This document shows positions 53,501 to 64,000 of a stretch of DNA of 64,000 nt, piece after piece. Source of the DNA: Tubiluchus corallicola (Eukaryota; Animalia; Priapulida); contig JAQGDQ010000193.1 in NCBI GenBank assembly GCA_030141605.1, forward strand, positions 186,001-250,000. Reading direction: 5' to 3'. Numbering within the stretch: position 1 is the stretch's first letter; the number at the start of each line of letters is the position of its first letter. The position numbers were made by a program, and so were the translations under genes. The notes beneath the pieces were generated by a model. That model saw only the letters and a list, made by a program, of their open reading frames with translations. It searched no databases and had not been told where the DNA came from.

Positions 53501-54805
53501 TTCCATGTCCAAAGCTTGAAATTAATGGAAAATGATTTTGTATCATAACACAAAGCCGCGATTGAGGTCGTTTGATCAATCGTGCTTTTTCACAAAACTA
53601 AGCAACAAGGAAGCCGTAATATGTGATTTTAGAAAAGTCTCATATTAAGGCTTACGGAATAGGAAAACCTACACTGAACACACAGTTCAAACAAACTACA
53701 CAGTTAACATAACATAATGTTACGTAACCTAACCTAACGCAGCACAACATAACATAATCTTTATTTTATTTTGTCACAAACACACACATAGATATAATAC
53801 GAATGATAATATGAAAACATTTTTGAAGACAGGGCAGCAAAAGCCAATTCGTCATTTCGTGAAGCCAAGGTCAGCTGCCCTTTGATTAGTGATGATTGAT
53901 ATTATAAAGTTAACTGACTCTATATACAAGCAGAACATTCAAACATTTAATTTTGTACAATCAACACTCAGATAACTCAAAATCAAAAAATTTACATCAT
54001 ACATGTACAAAAATTTTGGTGCGACTGACTGGCTCAGCTTGCAGTCATCGCACTGCACATTTGATTACAAATTCAAACAATCACACTACACGAACTAATA
54101 TCTACAATAAATTTTACGATAAGCTACAATAAACTATGTCAAATAAATGCAAAGCGCGACGCAGTTCAGAATTTCAACAAAGACACGTAAAAACGGACAA
54201 CTTTTCACGTGACAATGACACTGTTATGTTGCATAGCTGCGCAGTGACTAGGCTCAGGTAACCGGATCTGAAGGTAATTAAATACCTGAGCTTGACACAA
54301 AAATCTACAAAACCATATAATTCAGCCACCGACAGTGGGAGCCGGCTCCCAAAACTTAACAACAACAAATAAATTACTGAATTCTGGCTACCCACGTTCT
54401 TCCAAACTTTTACAGGTGCAAATTCCTAGAAGATGGGTATTAAAATACATTCATAAGGGACTTACGGAAGTGCAAATACTAAGTAACTGCATAGCACGCC
54501 ACGTGATATTATTTAATACAAATGGTAAACGAGCATTCCACCTCCCACGCTGCCCACACAAACCGTCAACAACAAACTGAGGAGCTTCGCGAGTTCGTGT
54601 AAATGAACAATTTCAATTTACCACATGCAGGCACCAGATTTTGTAAGTTTCCTAAGTAATATTATAGTGAAGTGGTATCTTATAAGCTAATATATATCAC
54701 AGTAAGTTACCACACGACGTGATTTTTTTCTACCAGACTGTCAAGACACAGACAGAAATTTCTGCAATGCTATTTTTCATAAAAGCTTCCACTGCAACTT
54801 TGTGA

Positions 54806-54940
54806 ATAAAAGTAAAAAGTCACAGGTAAAAAAGAAATAACGCTAACGCCAATCCTAACCCTTGCCAAAATTAATGATGACTTGACTTTTTTCCTAAACG
54901 AAATTTTGACTTTTTTCCTGAGACTTTAGTGCCGGTCACC
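54806..54940 (+). mobile_element. Foldback/MITE-like element (copy B)
   Basis: aaaaagtcacaggtaaaaaagaaataac...cctaaccc...tgacttttttcctgagac...ccggtcacc is colinear with 36048-36251. Confidence 0.65.
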
Positions 54941-56708
54941 AACTGTCTTATATGTAAAAGAAAGTATAGATAATGAATCTCCTACCTAAAAAGTCCCATC
55001 ATTTTATTTGAATGGCCTAAACTAGGCAATCTCAAAGTTTCAAACTGAATTCCACCAGCTTATTGAAAACCCAATTGAGCAACAGTTTATTTATAACCGA
55101 CAACTTTATTGACGTTATAAATTTAGTGCTCGGTAAAAAATAACCCCAATGTCTAAGTCAACTGATGTTGGAAAATATCTACTTCTGTAGCCAATTTAAG
55201 TTACGTGTTGAGAGGTAATCATAGCAAACAGGAACCTTATTTTTCATTTTCCAACATGTACAAATTACGATTTTCCAAGGAAATAAGGCGAAACCGATGA
55301 GTCACATAATGTGATCAGTTCAGTCAGATGTCCAAAGTTGAACGAAAACACAGCAATGCGGGTGGCTGAAGATATGGGTAGTCAGGTTCTGGTTTCTCGG
55401 ATTAGTACTCAGTAGTCAAAGGCACTGGGGTGGGGTAGTCTGAACTTATGCCAAAAGTCATTGAACATTCCCTTCCTTTTTTGCACCCTAACACCAGCAC
55501 CATTAATTGCATTAGAGTCAAACAAGCAGTGCTTCTGACTATACTGCAAGCAACAATTTATATAGATATCATGTCATGTCCATTTTATTAAAATATTAAT
55601 TTAATTGTATAATCCTATGTATATCATGTCATATCATACCATATCGTGTTTTATTATATGTATTGTTGTATGGTGTTTTCGTAATAAAAAAAAACAATTA
55701 AGGCTTCTAAAGTTTAGGACCGCAAGCAACGCACTCCCTAATTCCAAAGCAGTGGACAAAAATTTGTCCCGTTTGAGAGTAGCGCTTACGAAACTCGCCC
55801 GGAACGCGTTCCCCTTGGGGCAAGGTCAGCAGTGGTTGGTTGGGTTCGTGCGTAAGTAGTTGCTTCTGGCTCGTTGCGTTGCTCAGTTTGAGATTTTTTA
55901 TGCGCCTCAGAAGTTAATCCCCACTGGCATAGGTACAAGGTCGACTGTGCAGATACAGCAGTGCAAATAAAAATGACAGCATCTCTCATTAATCAAATGC
56001 CGCGTTGCATAGGTAAATTTACCTGAGATGATAAGAAAGCTCATCCGCGACAGGCCTTGACAGTGAATTTGTCGGTGAAAGTTTAAGCTTGCATGTTAAC
56101 ACAGAGCGCCTTAACTCAATGGACAGTTTGGTTTAAGTTCCTAATTAAGACAGATTACGAAGAGGGACTAATTATCTAGGCTACAGAGATCAACTATTGA
56201 ATTAACTAGCCGTGTGGAGGGATTGAGAGTACCATTGAGGACTGTTTGCACTGAGTAAAGATAATAAGAAACTCACACAAACTGCACCTCAGCAGAAATA
56301 ATCAGCAGAAAAAACGACACTGTGAGCCTAATGAAAAATAGTCGTAAAAGCAGTATTCACTACATGTATTTCTTGTCCCATAAAAAGTTTAAAACCCATT
56401 CGAATTCCACGCTACTAAGTAATGAGTTTGTGTAAAGTAAGCTGCGTCAATCCAATTTTCACGAGAAAATCTATTTATTTTTCAAAAGTATCCGCCAATG
56501 CTGTAAAACCTGCAAAAATTTAGCTAACCGGCCAGGAGATATGTTTACAGTTTCAATTTTTGATATGCAACACGCAAAACGCATTTTCTACACAACAAAG
56601 CACGTTCAAATAAAGCCTACAGGCTCTCCCAGACAGACACGCATGCGATATAACGCAATACCTGGAAAACAAACTTTCACAACGTGTGCAAAGAGTTAAA
56701 CGACTCAC

Positions 56709-56784
56709 CTTTAACTTCTTGTTTAGCTTACAGCAGTACCGGTATAGAAGGCCAAGATTTAAGGGTCCAAAGTCGGCGTAGAAA
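56709..56784 (-). CDS. CDC14: CDC14 exon ([25 protein letters not shown])
   Basis: tttttccag acceptor, AAG|gtgagt donor, 76 nt, phase 2-0. Contains the hallmark [10 protein letters not shown] motif. Confidence 0.98.
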
Positions 56785-59700
56785 CTGGAAAAAGTGAGAA
56801 AAAGTTAATGCTTTGATCACGAACAAAAACCAGCATCAAAGTTTCTTAAGTACGCAAGAATTAACATGTTGCCATGTGACTGCAAGTAAAGAATTTAACT
56901 GCTTTAGCAGCTAAATTTAAAGTGAATTGAAAATCATAATTATGGTTCAGTTCACGCTGCCGTCACGTGAAAATGCAAAGCAAAATTAAATTAGTTTAGC
57001 TAGTAAGTAGTAATGAAGACTCTCCTATATTTTATTGCAACATACTAGTGCGCAATAAATTAAGGGCTAACTATAGTTATTTAGCCTGTCGACAGTTACA
57101 AACGGTGCAATTTTTATCCAAATTAATGCCAACAGTGGACAAGGTGAAGGTCATGCACAAAGTTGGCACTGAGCCAAGACAATAATATGATGGCTTTTAT
57201 CACCAAGTGAGCAAGAACTACATTTATGGGTTTATTTTACACAGGTCATAGTCAATTCATTGAGCAATCATTATTCATTTATTTTAACGCAACACATTAG
57301 CAATAATATTATGTACAACGATAATAAATTAATGTGAGTAGCCTTACTATGAACATACACTACAATTTTTTACTATTTTGGATTAGCAAATGTCTCAGAC
57401 TCCTCAAACTCACTTCTGTATATAAATGTACATGTGTTATGGTATAATCAGAAAGCAAGACTCGTTAGAAAGTAGTGAAAGGAGAAAAATAATACATAAC
57501 AACAGAAAATTGTGAGGTGATAGAAAAAAATTAGTTCTTCGGAGTTAAATGATACAGTGAATGAAGTTCATGTATGAGGTGATACAAAAGACAGAAAGGC
57601 TATTATTTGCAAAACCATTTGACGTAATATCAGGCAGATAGTAACTCGTTGCATGTCACTTAAAAAGCCTTAAATGTACAAGACAGATTTACGGGCATAC
57701 CTACGCCCACCACATGCTTTGCTGGTGCCTCCACCCAAGCAAAAAAGCTGGTCAGTGACTTGACAGACAAAAGTAAAAGTACGATTAAAGGTGTATCGTA
57801 CGGTTCTTATCGCGCGTGGAGCACGCAATCTTACCCTAGTGTTTGTTTTCTTGCTTAATGGTTTAAAATGGTCTTCTTGCCAAGCAAATTACATACTGAT
57901 ATAGCAGATAACTAAGATTTATAAGTATAATTATAGTGCACCTATTGCACTTTGACTTCAGCAACAAGTTTGAATATGAAATGATTATTTACTGCGGATA
58001 TGCCTGTTTGTATGCATGTGCAGAAATGTAAGCTTTGTTAGCTGCATTAAATTGTAGCTAGTTATAATCAGACAAATGAAATATCTTTTGTTTTCAACTT
58101 CTTGTTTTTCGGGTTGCGCTCATCTTTCTAGTTACAACCTCGTTGCTTTGCGAGTTATAATAAAGTTGTTAAATTTATTCTTGTCGTCTTGGTGTTTGAG
58201 ACAAAGCTGGTACATTCTTTAACTAATGGCGCAGACAAATGAAATAAGAGGGTGTAAGAAAATGTATCTAATGAGTCTCACTATGTTCTTGTAAGTGACC
58301 ACACAGTAAACAATCAAATATTCGCCAAAAAGATGTTTAATTTCGGTGGTTCACGTGTACAAATCTAGGCCTAAACACGAACCAACTATAGATATTTTAT
58401 TTATTATTATAGCTAGTAGTTACGGATCAGTCTTAGTACCTACAAAACCGCTCTGAAATCTCAATCAAAAGCATGGAGACCACCAGCTCATGCAGCCTCC
58501 TCCGCCCGGCTAGATCAAAACCATGTCACAAAAATCAAAACCAAAATCAGCGTTGTCAAGCCTCAACTAAAGTATATAGGCCGCCCTTGACAGCATACCT
58601 GGAACTTTGCCAAACACGGCGTCAGCAAATTCTTAACGTACAATTGCTAAACCTCATATGAATAAAATAACTCGAAAATTTCTCAGGAAAGAGCGATTAA
58701 AAGACGTTGATCTAAGGCAAAAACCACGCTGAGGTCACAAGGTTTCTAGTCCTTCAAGAATGACACACTTTTCACTGTTAACGATTAACTATAACACCAT
58801 GCGCTCATAAGGTGAAATGCCGTAAGGTTACAATAGGTGATTTATACTCCTACAAAGCACACCAGTAACAGTATCTCGATTATTTCGTGATTGCCAAAAT
58901 TTTGAAAATTCGAAATTAATAGCGTTTTTGTTGGTACTATGACAGACTGACTGCAAATCGAGGTTTTGTATGATAGTAGGGCAGCGTCAAATTTTCAATA
59001 TGGACATTATGCTTTGTAGAAAGATATAAATTCGTTAATAATTCTTCTCCAAGCTCAAGGTTACGTCACGCAACAACATAATAAATCAAAAACTGTGTGA
59101 TCGGTCTTGTACAGTATATAAACAAAACTATAGTATTCCGAGTTCAAACGACAGTTGAAATTGTGCTTATAATCACCATGCCATTGTGGACAGTAAACTC
59201 AACTCACTAGAGACGAGAGAAGAATAAAACCCAAATTGTCAGCTATTGTATTTGAGATGCTCTGCTCATATTTATAATTCACAGCTAAAAGGTTCGACAA
59301 CATTCGGTAAAATCTACACTTCCTAGAGCTCTACGTGCTGTAAAGGCAGCTAAAAGCCACATAATCATTATACTACCAATTGACAGCAAGAGGTCTCTTT
59401 TACAGTCCTACAGACAGTGAAAGCAAAGACTGGCAGCTCACAGAAATGTGTCAGTAGTTTACGCACAGAGACGCTAAGCCTTATAATAGTGAGAGGTCAC
59501 AAAGGGAAAAAATAACGGAATAAGACAGAAAGTATACCATTATAATTACTATAGTATTAGTATTTTATTGCAGTAATTCTTAATTGTAGACCTGTTTTAT
59601 AGTGCATCGAACAACAATAATAATCATCGATTTATGCGGTTCACAAATAAATTATCATTACCATTATTATTTTATTCATTCAACACGAAATCTCCAACTA

Positions 59701-60267
59701 CCGAAAAACTGCAGATTCTAAAGTATAAAATCATAACTACTGTACATATAAATTAACAGGTTGCTGAACGAAGGTTTCCAACACTAGACGCTCTTACAGG
59801 TGCCTTTATAAAGTTACTACTTTGCAATTAGCTAATTAAAATCAATCATTTTTTTATTTTGAAACAAACACTTTCACAGTTACGATTTACCATTTCTTGT
59901 GGCAAAGAATTATGATAAAATACTATGCTTTTCTGTTCTGAATTTATCAATAGAGCTTTCTTCAGTGGACTGAAAATCATATTAGCCATAAAAGAGCGAA
60001 TTTCCTTAAAAGTTCATTAATTTATAAGTAGGCCTGCATAATATAGTGACTATGCTCACTGGCTCAAGGAAATTTCCAAAAAAATAAATTAATCGTTGAT
60101 CCAAAAACAAAAATTAGACAAAAAAAATCACTTTGAAATTGAAAAATACATTAAAATATACTAGTTACATGTACATTCTAAAAACACCTCTGACTGAGAA
60201 ACTTAATTTCAATGTAAGTAAAAGTTAAAAGTAGATGAGTTAAAGTTAAATTTGTTTCTGTACGTAC

Positions 60268-60364
60268 TTTTCATAAACTAGTTCCTCGTCTATACAGAAG
60301 TAATGCACACTGGCTGTCGACCTGGGTTTGATGGCAGCTCGTATGGTTGCGAAATACAAACGAT
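60268..60364 (-). CDS. CDC14: CDC14 exon 2 ([33 protein letters not shown])
   Basis: ttgcag acceptor, AA|gtacgt donor, 97 nt, phase 1-2. Contains the DRLYFA and [13 protein letters not shown] motifs. Confidence 0.97.
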
Positions 60365-62302
60365 CTGCAATTTAATCAAAATTAATCAATAATCAATAGT
60401 ACCATTAATATATACTATTATTACTATATACTAGTCTTATTCACAGAAAACAACAAGGGTTAAGATTATACACAACAAATTAGGCACACTATGTGTGCAT
60501 ATTTAAAAGTTTTTTACTTTTCACGAGACAAACAAATACATTCACTGCTGATTGAAGTTGATCACATTTCACACTGTTGTGCACTATTTAATTGCTAAGA
60601 GTAAGATAGATAATAATAATTGTATATACCTTTTATTATTTCACAATTCCACAGAAGTTCATTGTCATTGAGGTGTGACATTTTCTGGCACTGGAAAAAA
60701 TTCGTAACAAGTATACAAGATTAACTACACAACTATATTCACTGTCACTTCATATATCTACAGTACCGTACTTACGGTATGTCGGTAAATTTGTTTTAGT
60801 CTATCTAAAGATATTTACAAACAGCGACAATTGTTTCTCGTTATATACACACGTAGTATATAAATACAACAATCCACGTTCATTGCACAAGGCTGAAGTC
60901 TCTAATGAAACGTTTTCACCTAAAATCTTTTGGATTTTGTAACAACTTGTTAACAACAAAAACGCCTCTTTCTCCTCTGGCTACAGCACTAGCCTTTAAA
61001 CGGACACATGTATGATTGTGCTGTATTGCAGGTTTAAACATCGATAGCAAATTCACGTGACCACGGCGCTTAGCCAATCATACACTTACCAAAACATGCG
61101 TGGGCCCTTCGATTCTTCTACCCGCAGGGGTGCGATGCTTATACATATTTTTACATGGCCTACCACACGAGACATATATATTTCTTCGGTCAACAAACAC
61201 AATGAGAATGCCAAATGGCTGTGTATTTTTATGAAAAGTTTCGCGAAATATGACGAAACATTGACGTCCCATCTTGTATAATTAAACGACAGCACCCTAC
61301 GTTCAAGCGTATTGCTTGAACACGCCACCGTATCGTAAACAGAACGATTTTACCGCCGTTTCTCGGCAGTCATTTAAATTTTATGTAGCATTTTTGTTAT
61401 TTGATGTTTTGCGCTTTGCGGATGTCGAAAGCGACAGAATTTCCTAGATCTTTAAACAAGAAAAATAAAAATTGTTATGGATTACCAGCCGGTACTGCGA
61501 ATTTCTTTTTCTCCAAAACAACTTTGTATATGAATATGAATAGCTTTTGTTTGCAACAAAGCGCAAACTTAGAGGATGCATGTAAGATATATAACTGAGA
61601 TCGTAAGGAGAGACTGGTGAAATGTAATAATTAGGCTCTTTGACCTTTTTGGGCCCCTAGGCTAAAGAAATTGTAAGGGGCAAGCCTCTGGTGGAGATAC
61701 CTCTAACTCGCCCGCACTAGTTTTGAACATTTTCCACTCGTGATAAATATATTTTGGCGACATTTACATACCTGGAAGTAAATTTATTACAAATTGCTTA
61801 AGTAAACTACAGTAGTTATCTTTTGTTTGCCAAGAAAAATATTCCTTAAGAAATACCACTATTTTATTATTTATTGCAAACAAAATTAGCACATATTTCA
61901 ACACGATCATAATGAAAAAAACAAATTTTTACAAAATATCACCAAAACTTCAGGCTGCAGCCTATAGGATAAACTGGCCCTCTTTCTACTAGGCTTATAT
62001 TAGTAGACAAATTTTCATTTTTGGGTGCTGCTTTTGACTGTGGACTGTTCATTTGTAGTTTGGCAAACAAGGATTGCGTTGAAAACGATGTGAATGGTAG
62101 AATGTATGGATTCAATAGTGCTCATTTGGCTACTATCAAGTAAGGTCCAAAAGGTAAGTTTTTGCACCGTTTATCTATATGCTTCAGCAGTGAAAAACGT
62201 AAAAACGTGTTCAAACTTAAAATGTTGCTTAAATGGAAAAAGTCACGAGCTTTTCTTTTCGTAATTTTGTGACTATTCTACTTTTTTAATTTTCATACTT
62301 AC

Positions 62303-62360
62303 CACGCGCGGGAGCACCGGCAGGACATGGCGAACGGGTGACATCAGACTCCGCAGTCAT
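62303..62360 (-). CDS. CDC14: CDC14 probable (possibly alternative) first coding exon (MTAESDVTRSPCPAGAPAR)
   Basis: ATG at 62360 in cacATG context, 58 nt, perfect G|gtaagt donor in phase 1, which gives GAT (Asp) with exon 60268-60364. GC/CpG-rich, with promoter-like motifs upstream. Confidence 0.7.
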
Positions 62361-62439
62361 GTGTCTAAGTGACACAACTTTTACCAACATTCTCCCTAAG
62401 AAAAATCTCTAGGGACTTTCACAAGCAGGGTGAATTCAA

Positions 62440-62660
62440 ACCCCCGCCCCCACCAAACGTTAAGCCAATGTTTCCGCGCTGTCTCGAGCCTAATGCATCG
62501 TTGCCATAACAAAGCGTTGCTTCGATACAACAAACGCGTCAAGTCCCGTTGCCATTGTCAACAGTGCTGCTAATGAGTCACAGTGTTGCTAGGAAACAAC
62601 GAATGCGTTGCATCAATGTTGCTATGAGACTGTTGAAGTCTCAGTATCCTATAGAAACAA
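62440..62660. promoter_or_regulatory. Putative CDC14 promoter: GC box, CCAAT and clustered RFX X-box-like motifs
   Basis: ccccgcccc near 62442-62450; ccaat 62465-62469; gttgccataac 62500; gttgcttcgatac 62516-62528; gttgccattgtcaac 62548-62562; gttgctaggaaac 62585-62597; gttgctatgagac 62618-62630. Confidence 0.65.
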
Positions 62661-64000
62661 CTATCAAATACGTAAAATTGCACAAGGAAGCAAAGTAATT
62701 AATTTTGCTAACTATGATGCCCTAATTTCAATAACTTTAAGTACAATATAGAAGAAGGTATCACCAATATTTGCAATACCAAGGTAAGTAATAAGTAAAA
62801 GGTGCTACAGCAAGAATGAAAGTCTCTCATTCAGAGGCACTCTGGCTACTAAAAACGTTATCTTTCAAAAATGCAATGGTGATATGCATATAGGCACAGT
62901 GACCTCATGATAAATAAAAAATTCATTCGATTTGAATCACGTTACATACTTTATAATGGAAAAAATAACTCATAATCTTTTTCTACAGTTTCAAAACAGT
63001 GGAACATTTTAGATTGTACTTCTGATTATGCAAAAATTTTAAAAAATACGTGAAAGAGATGATCCAGTTTGGGCACTTGTGTCACAATAAACAACATGCT
63101 GCACTGTCAGGTAAATGGCTACACCATAAGAGTAATGGTTACTGAATACAGATACAGATAGAAATTTAGAGCTATAAAACAACTGCAATTACACATTAAA
63201 ATTATCTGTACATATTATATATTTATTGTGTTTAATAATATATTCGATCATTTACAATCATTTACAGCATGTACAATTTAAAAGAATTAGATTTTCCAAA
63301 CTTAAACCTAGCTTTTCAGCACATCTTGTTGGTATGCTGATATGTAATAATTATCATGGCTGTTATTCAGAAATTATTTAAAAGCCCAAAATATGATTAG
63401 CACACAAAGGAAGGTGCTGCTGTTGCTGCTTCTACAATGTAAAATATGGTGGCTGATTTCTCCAATGTTTAATCAATGTTTCTTGTTTAAGAAATCACAA
63501 TTTAAATATATTAATAATATAAAATGTTCATTGTAGCAATGGTACTGTAAGCGACAAAGAGATACAAATTATGCATCATTTTTTAGATACTGAGATTGCA
63601 AAAAACAAGCTATTTCCAAATAATTATATCAAATGTGAGCTGCTCTAAAACAGAGTTTAAAGAAGTGCTTTACGTTAACTATCCACCATGTGAATTCACT
63701 GTTAACTTTCCTCCAATATGTACCATTTCTTCAATTTGATTGACAGAAAACCGAGTTTTACTTTTCAGCTATCAAAATTTTCACTCAAATTAATAAATTC
63801 ATTTAAAAAAATATTTACAATACAACAAATCTATAACACAATATAGACTTCTTGGGCATTCCAAGCCTGCATAAACAGACATGTACTAACAGTGTAAAAC
63901 TAAAACAAGCTTTATTTTGGCATAAATGTATGACATGATTTTTCATATCTTGTATACAATGTTATTTACGTTCTAGTTTTATGTGTATGACTTAATTAAA

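Noticed and set aside
61090-61272. GC-rich block with a perfect minus-strand donor (TTTG|gtaagt at 61090) as an alternative first coding exon
   Set aside because: The phase-1 frame needed to join exon 60268-60364 has a TAG about 9 codons upstream and no ATG after it. The open ORFs here end in phases 0 and 2. A non-coding exon cannot be excluded.

Overview
AT-rich animal (metazoan) genomic DNA, not prokaryotic: no operons, CRISPR arrays or rRNA. Almost the whole window is one minus-strand, intron-rich CDC14 dual-specificity phosphatase gene. I assembled 13 core coding exons by hand, from a probable first exon at 62303-62360 down to 8680-8883. All have GT-AG boundaries and compatible phases, and the HCKAGLGRTG catalytic motif is split across two exons. 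Main points of interest: (1) a tandemly duplicated exon (14594-14681 and 14206-14296) with the structure of a mutually exclusive pair; (2) several candidate alternative C-terminal exons; (3) a dense cluster of RFX X-box-like motifs at the putative promoter; (4) a signal-peptide plus C-type lectin reading frame at 355-975 broken by three in-frame stops, only partly visible in the ORF track. The large introns hold microsatellites, MITEs and SINE/LINE remnants. Most listed ORFs are spurious. All calls were read by eye, with no database searches or transcript data.
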